NCBI GenBank assembly: GCA_049599475.1
Contig: JBMYOQ010000009.1
Coordinates: 39,829-103,828 of the forward strand
From: Opitutales bacterium
GTDB lineage: Bacteria; Verrucomicrobiota; Verrucomicrobiia; Opitutales; JABSRG01
Length of the DNA stretch: 64,000 bases
Direction: 5' to 3'
Under the pieces are notes generated by a model. It saw only the letters and a program-made list of their open reading frames with translations, made no database searches and was not told where the DNA came from. Shown in pieces: positions 40,290-50,509 of this stretch. The stretch's first letter is position 1; each line of letters opens with the position of its first letter. The position numbers and the translations under genes are program-made.

Positions 40290-43052
40290 TTGACGACTAT
40301 GGAGTCAAGCTGTGTTCAAATGATTCAAGATCTTGGTAAACTCTATTATTTAGACTTCTCGCAAAGCGTTGGGTTGGCTCAGTCTCGCTTGCTCGAAGAG
40401 GGGTTTGAAAACCTCGAGTATACACCGAACGCGCGCCTGGAAGCGCATGATCTGAAGACATTGCCCTACCAGATCATTATTTTCGATTTGCGCGAGTCGA
40501 ATTTTGAGACTGTTTCTAGGATCATCAACGCTTCGGAAAAGCGGGTTGAGCAATCGATCATTCTCATCGCCCCAGAGCTGTCTCTAGAAGAGCAATTCCA
40601 ACTCCTCGATGATTGGGTGGAGGAGATCGTTCCGGTAAAGGAAATCTCGCGAGATCGGATCCGGTATTTGGTGAGGAAGCTCTACAAAAAGACTCCCCTG
40701 CTGCGATCTATGGATCGGGCAAATCGCGTACTGAAATCGATTCGGGAATTCAACAAGCATGTCGCGAAGGAAAAGAATTTTGATAAGTTGACGCAGGCAA
40801 TTTGCGAGAGTCTTGTAAAGACCCGTGGATACCATGCTGCGTGGCTGGTTCTGATGGACCGTTCAAATGAGCCAAACTGTGCAGCCTTCTATAGTGCTGA
40901 CGGGGGGCGGAATACGAATCCATCGCTGTCTGCTACTGGGGTTTCGAAACGTTCTGATAAGCTCTTTGAACTGGATAGAAAAATAGAGCTGACGGGAGGG
41001 GCCTGGGCCCTGTGCACAGTGTCGGTTCCTGACTATATGGCGACGCGGCGAGAAGAAGAGGAACCGATCTTCGATGAATTGACCCGGGAAATTAGACAAG
41101 CTTTGCAAAATTTACAGAGCGAAGAGCGCGTAAGCAACCTTCTCGAGATAATTGGTAAGGTCCGAGAACCTATGTCTTTAGTGTCACGAGATTTCAGATA
41201 CGTAGTTGTAAATGACAGTTATCAGGACTATTTTGGAGTGCCTGTGGGCGAATTTGCAGGATCGAAGGTGGCGAGTTTCTTTGATGAAGAAATCTATAAT
41301 AATAGGATTGAGCCCAATCTGGTAAAGGCTCTGGCAGGAGAGAGTGTTACCCAGGAATTAATGTATAATTTCCCTCAAAGAGGCCCGACATGGATTGAGG
41401 CGAGCTTTGTTCCGGCAGCGGGAGACGATGGTGAGATTAACGCTGTCGTAGTGCACACTCATAATATCGACTTTAGGAAACAAGCGGAGAAAGCACTACG
41501 TGATCAGAAAGAGCGCTTGGATACGTTTATAACGTCCTCGGATTTGGGGACCTGGGAGTGGCATATTAAACATGATGAGGTTTACATCAATGAACGCTGG
41601 GGGGAGATGATCGGCTATACTGACTTGGGCCCTCAAGTGAATTTTGATTTCTGGCTCAATAATATACATGAAGAAGATATTCCTAGAGCTCAGGCTGTGG
41701 TAAACGAATACATTAAAAACCCTGAGGGAACCTATCAATCGGAATTTCGGATGCGCCACAAGGATGGGCACTGGGTTTGGATCCATGCCAGTGGGCAGCT
41801 GCTAGAAAGCCACAAAGAACCCGGAAGTTATATCATGAGTGGTATCCACCTGGATATTACAAAGAAAGTAGAGGAATATGAAAAATCTAAGCAAGTAGAA
41901 CAAAAGCTGAAGCTCCTAGCAGAGGCAGTTGATAGCACGGAGGACGGTATTGTGATCACGCGTGCAGTTTGGCCTAAGGGTGGCCCAAAGATAGTATTTG
42001 CGAGTAATGGATTCTGTAAAATGTCTGGATATTCGAAAGAAGAGCTAGTTGGGGAAACTCCGGGTATCTTACGGAGTAAGCATACTGATCGAGTGAAAAT
42101 CGCTGCGATGCGAGAAAAACTTCTTCGCGGAGAGAGCGTTGAGCTAGAGACTACGAATAAGCGCAAAGATGGATCCCTGTATACCGTGAGCTGGAGGATT
42201 GGGCATATTCGAGATGAAAACGGTAAATCGACACATTTTGTATCGGTGCAACGAGATGTGACTCAGCAAAAGGTCATGCAAGCGAATGCTAATTTGGCTA
42301 CAAAAATGGAGTCTGTCGGACAATTGGCTGCGGGTATAGCTCATGAGATCAATACACCGTCACAATTTATCAATGACAGTATTCAGTTTCTCAAAGATTA
42401 CTGGGAAGATGCGGCTCCTTTGATTGAAGCAAATTTGAAGGAAGGAGACGAAGATCTCAAAGAGGAGTTTGAGGAAGTTCCTGTTGCCATTGCTGATGCG
42501 CTCGAAGGAGTGGACAGAATCAAGAAAATTGTGGGAGCGATGCGAGAGTTTTCGCACCCGACTGAAGATTTTGCTGCCAGTGACCTAAATAAAGCAATAC
42601 AGACGACTACAACGGTTGCGCGGAATGAGTGGAAGTATAGCTCTGATATCGAATTCGATTTAGACCCGGAATTACCGCTGGTTCCCTGTATTCTAGGGGA
42701 TATTAATCAAGCTATCTTAAATATCGTCGTAAACGCGGCTCATGCGATTATTAAACGCTACGGCAATGAGGCGCACAAAGGCATTATACGCATTTTAACA
42801 TCGAAGCATGATACATATGTGCGAATTAAGATTACAGATAATGGTAGTGGTATCCCTGAGCACGTAAGATCTAAGATCTTCGATCCGTTCTTTACGACTA
42901 AAGGCGTGGGTAAGGGCACGGGTCAAGGCTTGTATTTGGCACACAATGCAATCGAGCAGAAGCACAGAGGAAGGTTATACTTCGAGACAGAGATGGATCA
43001 AGGAACCTCCTTCTTTATCGAATTACCCCTGAAAGCAGCGTCCGATGAGTAA
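40290..43052 (+). CDS. Cytoplasmic multi-PAS sensor histidine kinase
   Basis: Three PAS/PAC domains; H-box LAAGIAHEINTP; N box NIVVNAAHA; DNGSGI, FDPFFTTK..GKGTGQGL. Confidence 0.95.
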   Translation: MTTMESSCVQMIQDLGKLYYLDFSQSVGLAQSRLLEEGFENLEYTPNARLEAHDLKTLPYQIIIFDLRESNFETVSRIINASEKRVEQSIILIAPELSLEEQFQLLDDWVEEIVPVKEISRDRIRYLVRKLYKKTPLLRSMDRANRVLKSIREFNKHVAKEKNFDKLTQAICESLVKTRGYHAAWLVLMDRSNEPNCAAFYSADGGRNTNPSLSATGVSKRSDKLFELDRKIELTGGAWALCTVSVPDYMATRREEEEPIFDELTREIRQALQNLQSEERVSNLLEIIGKVREPMSLVSRDFRYVVVNDSYQDYFGVPVGEFAGSKVASFFDEEIYNNRIEPNLVKALAGESVTQELMYNFPQRGPTWIEASFVPAAGDDGEINAVVVHTHNIDFRKQAEKALRDQKERLDTFITSSDLGTWEWHIKHDEVYINERWGEMIGYTDLGPQVNFDFWLNNIHEEDIPRAQAVVNEYIKNPEGTYQSEFRMRHKDGHWVWIHASGQLLESHKEPGSYIMSGIHLDITKKVEEYEKSKQVEQKLKLLAEAVDSTEDGIVITRAVWPKGGPKIVFASNGFCKMSGYSKEELVGETPGILRSKHTDRVKIAAMREKLLRGESVELETTNKRKDGSLYTVSWRIGHIRDENGKSTHFVSVQRDVTQQKVMQANANLATKMESVGQLAAGIAHEINTPSQFINDSIQFLKDYWEDAAPLIEANLKEGDEDLKEEFEEVPVAIADALEGVDRIKKIVGAMREFSHPTEDFAASDLNKAIQTTTTVARNEWKYSSDIEFDLDPELPLVPCILGDINQAILNIVVNAAHAIIKRYGNEAHKGIIRILTSKHDTYVRIKITDNGSGIPEHVRSKIFDPFFTTKGVGKGTGQGLYLAHNAIEQKHRGRLYFETEMDQGTSFFIELPLKAASDE

Positions 43053-44226
43053 TATACGTATCATATTCGTCGATGACGATATCACTATTTTGAAGGGCTT
43101 GAAGCGTAGGTTGAAGCGCTTGCGCCGGGACTGGGAAGTCCAGTTTGCTCCTTCTGGTGAATTAGCTTTGAATGCTCTGGAGAGTGGGGTTGTTGATGTT
43201 ATCGTGAGCGATTTGCAGATGCCTGGGATAAACGGGGCTCAGCTGCTTGAGCGTGTTAAGGAAAAATATGCGGGCTGTTTCCGTGTAGCCCTTTCGGGGC
43301 ATGCTGAGACAGGGATGATCTTGAAGGCATCGTCGCATGCTCATCGCGTCTTGGCTAAACCATGCGATGCAGAGATTCTTGTCCAAATTGTGGAAGAAGG
43401 TGTTGGCCTTTTGCGAAAATTGTCGGATCCGGCATTGAAGGAATGGATATCAGGTCTCCAAGAGTTTCCCCAACCTTCCGGGAGGGCTCAAAAATTTTTG
43501 GAGGCTATGAATGGCGGAGACGTAGCGCTGGATGTTTTGGAGAGTATTATTCAGGACGATGTCGGGCTCACGGCGAGTTTGTTGCACATATCAAATGGAG
43601 CTTATTTTGGCGCGGGCAACGTGCAGAGTGTTTCGGGAGCCTTTCAGCAGCTTGGCTTAGATCTCGTGCGTGGTATTGTGTTGCAGAGCTTGATTGGCCA
43701 ATGCTTCGTGTTGCCCGAATTCATCTCACCGATTTTGAATCAGATCAATTCGCATTGCCAGCAGTCGATACCAGAGGCTCGGGAGCTTGCGCGGACCCAT
43801 TTCAGAAATGTGAAGGAGCGAGATACGCTATCGACTGTCTGTCTGTTACAAGATGTCGGGAAGCTTGTATTCATGGCTTACAAGCCTGAGCTCTATAGAG
43901 ATGTTTATACAGAGGCGCTTCAAGGTGAACGAAACATCCTAGACTTAGAGTCGGAGGCCTTTGGCTTTGATCATGCACAAGTTGGGGCGCTCTTGCTTCA
44001 GTTGTGGGGTTTACCGGATGGTATCGTTACGGCGGTAGGTTTGCACCATAGTGTATATGAACACCCGAATAATGCCTCTTTGGCCACGCTTCTGTGGTTT
44101 GCGGGTCAGCGGATAGCAGCGAAAGATTCTTCGGCTGCCCTGACTTTTATGAATCGAATGAGCGAGTCTGAGATCAGTCCGATTTTAGAATCGTTGGATA
44201 TAACCGAATTTAAAATGACCGCATGA
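43045..44226 (+). CDS. Response regulator with HDOD domain
   Basis: REC (VDDD, SDLQMP, KP); HDOD (DVGLTASLL..SN, LQDVGKL, FGFDHAQVGALLLQLWGLP, HH). Confidence 0.92.
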   Translation: MSNIRIIFVDDDITILKGLKRRLKRLRRDWEVQFAPSGELALNALESGVVDVIVSDLQMPGINGAQLLERVKEKYAGCFRVALSGHAETGMILKASSHAHRVLAKPCDAEILVQIVEEGVGLLRKLSDPALKEWISGLQEFPQPSGRAQKFLEAMNGGDVALDVLESIIQDDVGLTASLLHISNGAYFGAGNVQSVSGAFQQLGLDLVRGIVLQSLIGQCFVLPEFISPILNQINSHCQQSIPEARELARTHFRNVKERDTLSTVCLLQDVGKLVFMAYKPELYRDVYTEALQGERNILDLESEAFGFDHAQVGALLLQLWGLPDGIVTAVGLHHSVYEHPNNASLATLLWFAGQRIAAKDSSAALTFMNRMSESEISPILESLDITEFKMTA

Positions 44227-45419
44227 GTAAGGATAAAAAAATTCGCATATTGATTGTCGATGACGAGGAAAAACTCCTACGTGCGCTCAAGCGGACACTC
44301 AACAAGCTCTGGGATATCACCATTGAATCGGACCCAGTTCTCGCAGCCGAAAAGCTAAAACACGACCACGGTTTTTCCGTAATTATGACTGATTACCGGA
44401 TGCCCGGTATGAATGGTGTCGAACTCTTGCGGTCAGCCCGGAAGAGCTGCCCGGATACCACACGCGTGATGCTCACCGGTTATGCTGATTTAGAGGCGAC
44501 TCTGTCGGCGATAAACGACGGCTCAGTCTTTCGCATCATTACCAAACCCTGTGATCGTGACACTGTGGTTGACTGTCTGCAGGCGGCGGTTGACCAAAAT
44601 CAACTTATCTTCGCGGAACGCGAACTCCTGAACGAGACTTTGCAGGGCGCCATTGAGCTGCTAACGGATTTGCAGGCACAGCATTCTCCGAAGGCATGCA
44701 AGTTGAGTTATCGCATTCGTGACTTGGCTACCGCGATTGCGCGCACAGCGGGTCTCCGAGATATTTGGAAAATTGAAATTGCATCTCTCATGTCTCATTT
44801 GGGATTGATGGCCGTCTCGGTAGGCATCGCCGACAAATATTTGGAGGGCGGAGTTCTGGATAAAGACGAAGAGGAGCATCTGAAGGATGTGCCAGATTTT
44901 GGCTCAAAAATGCTAAAGCACATCCCTCGACTCGAGGAAGCCGCCGAGATCGTAGCGTTTCAATGGAAGCGCTATGATGGGTCTGGGGTGCCCGCTGATG
45001 ATACGGTGGGAAAAGAGATTCCTCAGGGGGCACGCATATTAAAAATTGCGACGGACTACATTAGAATGGAGGTTCGTGGAGTAGAACGTCCCGATATCCT
45101 GAACACGATGCGCCACGCTTCCGGTTATTACGATCTGGATCTATTTAGTTTTCTGAAGACAGCCTTGGATTCGATTCCGGATCATTCGCAGTCGGACGAT
45201 AAGGCGCGCTATGTGGATGTGGAGGATCTGCAATCAGGGTGTGTCCCAGTCGATGGTGTGCTCTTAAAGAGCGGGATGGTGCTGATCCCTGCGGGTGTAG
45301 CGCTTAGCCCGAAACATTTGGCTCGCATCTGTAATTTTGCCAGAACCACTGGAATCAAAAGTCCTATAAAAGTCTACTTACCGCAAGATGCGCAGAGCCC
45401 TGAATTGGCTAGCGTTTGA
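44223..45419 (+). CDS. Response regulator with degenerate HD-GYP domain
   Basis: REC (VDDE, TDYRMP, KP); LMSHLG instead of LHDIG; QWKRYDGSGVP; IP.GARILKIA. Confidence 0.9.
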   Translation: MSKDKKIRILIVDDEEKLLRALKRTLNKLWDITIESDPVLAAEKLKHDHGFSVIMTDYRMPGMNGVELLRSARKSCPDTTRVMLTGYADLEATLSAINDGSVFRIITKPCDRDTVVDCLQAAVDQNQLIFAERELLNETLQGAIELLTDLQAQHSPKACKLSYRIRDLATAIARTAGLRDIWKIEIASLMSHLGLMAVSVGIADKYLEGGVLDKDEEEHLKDVPDFGSKMLKHIPRLEEAAEIVAFQWKRYDGSGVPADDTVGKEIPQGARILKIATDYIRMEVRGVERPDILNTMRHASGYYDLDLFSFLKTALDSIPDHSQSDDKARYVDVEDLQSGCVPVDGVLLKSGMVLIPAGVALSPKHLARICNFARTTGIKSPIKVYLPQDAQSPELASV

Positions 45420-45488
45420 ATGTAGATAGATCTGGCGAAATCAAGATACGGGCTTGCGGATGGCAGAGAGTCAGCTTTCGTGCCATGC

Positions 45489-47252
45489 ATGTCAGAGCAA
45501 AAGAAAAAGAAGAGCCCAATCCTACGCGTTTCGATTTATCTGTTCCGCTATAAGGGTCTCTTTGCCCTGACGCTTGGCTTCGCGATTGCGATGACTTTGC
45601 TCGGGATCGCCGTGCCTCAGGTTGTGAGCGGCGTGGTCAACGAGATCAGCTCCACGAAGTCGGTGGAAGCGATTATTCCCGGTGTGCTGCAAATGCTGAT
45701 TTTTTACGCGGGTGTGGAGTTTATGAACAGTCTACGGATTCGGGCTAATAATACGCTGGAGCAGAAAGTTCTCTTGGATCTTCGCGGTGAGCTTCACAAC
45801 AAGCTTCTAGACCTGCCCATTGGATTCTACGACAAGCGCAAATCAGGGGATGTCGCCTCTACCGTGATCGATGATGTAAACAACCTCGAGCGCGCCCTAC
45901 TCGACGGCACGGAGCAAGGGATACGGTCTGTCCTAATGATTGTGGGTATTGCCTTTATCATCTTTACCCAGCAGCCCGTTTTGGGCGCCTTGGTCTTTTT
46001 ACCCGTGCCCATCTTGATCATAATGGGGCTGATTCACTCGAAGGCCTCGCGCAAGCTATGGCGTCGCGTTCGTGATTCAGCAGGCGACCTGAATTCCCTG
46101 ATAGTCGAAGACATTCAAGGCAACCGCCTAATCCAATCCTTTGCCCTGAAACCGCGCGAGACCGAGCGCTTCAATGAGCGTGCCAATGATCTGCGTGACG
46201 CCACGCTCAAAGGGATGTTTCGCTGGTCGGTCTTTGGGCCAAGTGTCAGCTGGGTGTCGAACCTCGGCTATGTCGGCGTAGCTGGATATGGTTCTTACCT
46301 TTTAGCGACGCAGGCTGAAGGGTTCACCTTTGGCGAATTCACAGCCTTCTTTCTCTACTGCGGAATGATTGTGGAGCCTATTCGCTCCCTGACTCAGCTG
46401 ACTCAACTGTTTTCGACCGGTAATGCGTCGGGCGATCGCGTGTTTGATCTGATGGATCATCCACTGGAAATCGAAGACCGGGCCGAGCCCCTACCCTTCC
46501 CTGAGGGCCGACCCGAAATTGACTTTAAACAGGTAAACTTCGCATACTCCGAGCGCGCGGTGGTGCTACCCCAGATGGAGCTCAAGATTCCTGCAGGTAA
46601 AGTAACCGCGCTGGTTGGCCATACCGGAGCGGGCAAATCTACCATAGCGAATCTCATCATGCGCTATTACGACTGTACCCAAGGCCAAGTCGCAATCAAT
46701 GGGGTCAGTGTCTGTGATATCCGCTTAGAAGATCTCCGGACGCATATCGGGGTGGTCGCTCAGGATCCATTTTTGTTCGACGCCACGGTGCGCGAGAACC
46801 TCTTACTGGCGCGGCCCGATGCAAGTGATTCCGAGATCGAAATCTGCCTGAAATCAGCTCAAGCTTGGGACTTTGTATCCAGACTTCCTGACGGCATGGA
46901 TACTCTGATCGGTGAGCGTGGCATCCGTCTGAGCCAGGGTGAAAAGCAGCGCCTTACCATAGCACGCGTGATGCTCAAAAATCCTCCTATTGTTATTTTA
47001 GATGAAGCGACTTCCTCGGTAGACACCATTACAGAACGGCAAATTCAGCAGGCCTTGGATAACTTAGCCTCGGATCGCACCGTCATCGTAATCGCACACC
47101 GCTTGTCCACCGTATGTCGAGCCGATCAAATTGTAGTGCTCGAGCGCGGACAAATTATCGAACGCGGAAAGCATGAAGAGCTCCTCCAGCAAGACGGTCA
47201 CTACGCCAAGCTCTGGGCCCACCAAGCCGACGTGATCCCCGAAGGAGTCTAG
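45489..47252 (+). CDS. ABC exporter, fused permease/ATP-binding protein
   Basis: GHTGAGKST, LSQGEKQR, ILDEATSSVD, IAHRLST; N-terminal TMD. Confidence 0.95.
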   Translation: MSEQKKKKSPILRVSIYLFRYKGLFALTLGFAIAMTLLGIAVPQVVSGVVNEISSTKSVEAIIPGVLQMLIFYAGVEFMNSLRIRANNTLEQKVLLDLRGELHNKLLDLPIGFYDKRKSGDVASTVIDDVNNLERALLDGTEQGIRSVLMIVGIAFIIFTQQPVLGALVFLPVPILIIMGLIHSKASRKLWRRVRDSAGDLNSLIVEDIQGNRLIQSFALKPRETERFNERANDLRDATLKGMFRWSVFGPSVSWVSNLGYVGVAGYGSYLLATQAEGFTFGEFTAFFLYCGMIVEPIRSLTQLTQLFSTGNASGDRVFDLMDHPLEIEDRAEPLPFPEGRPEIDFKQVNFAYSERAVVLPQMELKIPAGKVTALVGHTGAGKSTIANLIMRYYDCTQGQVAINGVSVCDIRLEDLRTHIGVVAQDPFLFDATVRENLLLARPDASDSEIEICLKSAQAWDFVSRLPDGMDTLIGERGIRLSQGEKQRLTIARVMLKNPPIVILDEATSSVDTITERQIQQALDNLASDRTVIVIAHRLSTVCRADQIVVLERGQIIERGKHEELLQQDGHYAKLWAHQADVIPEGV

Positions 47253-47353
47253 TGGATTCGGCCCAACTTTTGAGTTTGCTGGATTTGCAGCGATAAATGG
47301 AGTAGAGCAGGCATGGCGTCAGGGCTCTTCCCGGGATGCTGCCCAAAACCTCT

Positions 47354-49114
47354 TTATGTTTTTGAGCGGCCGATCATCTGGACAAGACTGTTCACGTAAG
47401 ACTCTAGGTTGCGTGCTTGTGACTCCAAGGTTGCTGCCGATGAAGCTGTCTGTTCTGCAGAGGCTGCATTGGCATGCGTGACATTCTCCATTTCACTCAT
47501 CGATTTGTTTATTTCGAGAATACCATTGGACTGCTCACCCGATGCATTGGAAATATTTGATACAAGCTTGCCTACTTCTGTGGTGCTTTTCGATATCTCT
47601 TCGAATTTTTGATTGGTTGTATCCAGAATGGAGCTACCTCGATTGATATTTTCAAGATTGCCTTCAATGAGCTGTGAAGTGTCTTTGGCTGCGGTTGCCG
47701 TCCTGCTGGCAAGGGATCTTACTTCCTCAGCGACTACCGCGAACCCTTGTCCTGCATCGCCTGCGCGGGCGGCCTCGACTGCTGCATTCAATGCGAGAAT
47801 GTTTGTTTGGAAAGCGATCTCATCGATAGTCTTAATGATGCCAGAAGTTTCTTGACTCGAATTATTTATCTCATTCATCGAGTTCATCAGATGGGTCATA
47901 GCTGCGTTGGCTTCAGTCACAATCGAATGAGTCTGGACCATAATGGTGTCTGCGTCCTGGGCGCTGGCTGCATTACTCTTCGTCATTGCCGACATCTCTT
48001 CTAGCGAGGCTGAGGTAGTCTCCAGTGACGCTGCCTGCTCCGAAGATTCGGAGGATAAGGCCTGACCCGAAGCTGTGAGCTCTTTTGAGGCTCCTGCCAC
48101 TTCACTAGCACTTTCGTTGAGCCCATGGATAACTGAGGCGAGGCGTTTGGTAATACTGCCGGCAATTAGAAATGTAAGCACGATCGCGATGAGCACAGCT
48201 CCAGCGACGAGAAATAATGTTTGGCTGATCGAGTTTTCATTGGATTCAACCAAGGCTGGGCCGAGTTCATCTTGGACCGCTTGGATATCGAGTTTTACGT
48301 ATTCAAGGTCTGAGGCGATAATGGGGCCGATACGGTCCAGGGTATTCTGGACGATATCATTGCGCGCGTTAATAACATCGACGATTTTGGCGAAATCGAT
48401 GCGATAATTTGTAATGCCATCAATAGCCGCACTCAGGAGCTCTCTCCGGCCTGGGTTTTGTAGTTCGGCATCTAATTGTTTCAGGCTCTCGTCCGTTTGT
48501 CGCAATTCATTCAGAGCTCGATCCACATCGGCTTGTTCATTGGTCTCCAAAAACTTTACTACGTATAGGCGAGCTAAGAGCAGATGCTTATTGGCGACGC
48601 CAGCATAATATGCAGCTGTGATATCCTGATCCTGATAAGCCGAATCCATAATTTCTGAGAGCTCTTTACGGACTTTGGGCCCGATTGCGTTGAGGCCGTT
48701 TTCCACCAACTTGTTTCTCTGGTCCATAAAAGCGGTCACTTTCTCAAAGCCCTCGCGATACTCCTGGAGATGACGCGCGGCGTCTTGCACCTTGGCGGCG
48801 CGTTCGGGCTTGTTTATATCTTGTTTGGCTTGGTTAAGATACTCTTTTGTTTTCGCGAAGAAATCATCGAACTCTGCTTTATCCTTATCGCTGCTAGTGA
48901 TCAGGAAATCCTTCGCGTTCATGCGCACCATGAGCATGTTGGATTGAACTCGGCTGGATAGATTCGAATCGCGTGCCATCTCGCGATATTCTGTGAAGCC
49001 ATTCGCAGATCTGCTTAATGCGAAGTATGTGATGGATCCGACGACGAGGAGGAGCAGTGTCATAGCGGCGAACCCGCCGGTTATCATTTTCTTTACAGTT
49101 AGCTTCTTTTTCAT
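47354..49114 (-). CDS. Methyl-accepting chemotaxis protein with large helical periplasmic sensor (HBM-like)
   Basis: Two [39 protein letters not shown] at 49114. Confidence 0.95.
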   Translation of the reverse strand: MKKKLTVKKMITGGFAAMTLLLLVVGSITYFALSRSANGFTEYREMARDSNLSSRVQSNMLMVRMNAKDFLITSSDKDKAEFDDFFAKTKEYLNQAKQDINKPERAAKVQDAARHLQEYREGFEKVTAFMDQRNKLVENGLNAIGPKVRKELSEIMDSAYQDQDITAAYYAGVANKHLLLARLYVVKFLETNEQADVDRALNELRQTDESLKQLDAELQNPGRRELLSAAIDGITNYRIDFAKIVDVINARNDIVQNTLDRIGPIIASDLEYVKLDIQAVQDELGPALVESNENSISQTLFLVAGAVLIAIVLTFLIAGSITKRLASVIHGLNESASEVAGASKELTASGQALSSESSEQAASLETTSASLEEMSAMTKSNAASAQDADTIMVQTHSIVTEANAAMTHLMNSMNEINNSSQETSGIIKTIDEIAFQTNILALNAAVEAARAGDAGQGFAVVAEEVRSLASRTATAAKDTSQLIEGNLENINRGSSILDTTNQKFEEISKSTTEVGKLVSNISNASGEQSNGILEINKSMSEMENVTHANAASAEQTASSAATLESQARNLESYVNSLVQMIGRSKT

Positions 49115-49365
49115 GGGAACTTCTATCAATATATATTTTGGAAACGAAACGTGGCCGTGAATCTTACTTCGTTCCTGAAGGTTTGATATGAAATATATTT
49201 CGTGAATAGGTTGGCGTAATAAGCACCTTTTATTAAGAGTTCTTCGTCAGGTTTAGGGGGTCTAATACTGATTTAGAAAAGATAATTTCGTTTTAGGCAG
49301 ACAGATTGCATTAGCGTGGTCGCTTTCACGCGAACTTTGCCCGTTAAGGGCGATCGATTCTGACT

Positions 49366-50505
49366 ATGAAAATCATTTTGCCCATATTGATTCTTCTAGG
49401 TGCTGGCGGTATCTATTTTCTCTTATCGAAGCCTGAGAAGGCTCCTGCTCAGGAGCCGGAACCGCTTCCTCCTCGGCGAATCGAGACGATGATTGCCGAG
49501 GCTAAGGATTTGAACTTGGAGATCGAATCGCAGGGTTTCGTGCGCCCTCGCGCTGAGTCGCGACTATCTGCGGAAATCTCGGGCAAGGTGGTGAGCACAT
49601 CTGCGAGCTTTTATGCCGGTGAATTTGTCGAAGCGGGCGAGGTCTTGGTGGAACTCGAATCCTTGGACTATGAAGCGGCACTCAGCCGTGCTCGGGCTCG
49701 AGTGGCTCAGGAGGCTCTAGCGCTGGCCGAGGAAGAAGCCCGCGCCGAGCAAGCGGGGGTAGATTGGAAGCGCTTGAACGAAGGACCGGCCTCCGCCCTC
49801 ACCTTGCGGGAACCGCAACTGGAAAATGTCCGCGCAAACTTAGCAGCCGCGGAGGCTGACCTGGCGCAAGCGAAACGCAATTTGGAGCGGACTCAGATAC
49901 GCGCTCCGTTTGATGCCTTGGTAAAAAGCCGTGAGGTGTCTGAGGGTCAATATTTAAATCCTGGTGCTGCTGTCGGGATGCTCTATGCGATCGATTTTGC
50001 GGAGGTGCGTCTGCCCATCTTATCGAAAGATTTGCCCTTTCTATCGCTACCCGAAGGTTCTTCAGTCTCGGTCTCATCCGTAAAGCTCGTAAGTGGTGAG
50101 GATGGAGCGGCGATCGCCCAACCGGTCAGCTTGGTGCGCACAGAGAATGTGATCGATGAGGCCAACCGGGTGCTCTACGCGGTGGCCCGCGTGGAGGATC
50201 CGTATGCCAGGTCTCGCTTTGCGGATGCGGGCAACCTGCGTATCGGGTCTTTCGTTACGGCGTTTATTGACAGCATGCCCTTGAAGCAGGTTTACCAGTT
50301 GCCCCGTATAGCGCTGCGTGGGAGTAGCCAGCTGGCGGTGGTCAGTGAGGAATCGGCGATCGAGATTCGCGAAATCGAACTCCTCTACGTGGACGAGGAT
50401 TACATATATATTCGTGACGGTTTGAGGGACGGCGAACGGGTGTGTCTGACCTCTCCGCAATCGATGTATGCGGGAACCCGCGTAGAATGGACCGAGGAGG
50501 ATTAA
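49366..50505 (+). CDS. RND efflux periplasmic adaptor (MFP)
   Basis: AEISGKV...GEFVEAGEVL, coiled coil, RTQIRAPFD. Confidence 0.93.
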   Translation: MKIILPILILLGAGGIYFLLSKPEKAPAQEPEPLPPRRIETMIAEAKDLNLEIESQGFVRPRAESRLSAEISGKVVSTSASFYAGEFVEAGEVLVELESLDYEAALSRARARVAQEALALAEEEARAEQAGVDWKRLNEGPASALTLREPQLENVRANLAAAEADLAQAKRNLERTQIRAPFDALVKSREVSEGQYLNPGAAVGMLYAIDFAEVRLPILSKDLPFLSLPEGSSVSVSSVKLVSGEDGAAIAQPVSLVRTENVIDEANRVLYAVARVEDPYARSRFADAGNLRIGSFVTAFIDSMPLKQVYQLPRIALRGSSQLAVVSEESAIEIREIELLYVDEDYIYIRDGLRDGERVCLTSPQSMYAGTRVEWTEED

Positions 50506-50509
50506 TCGC

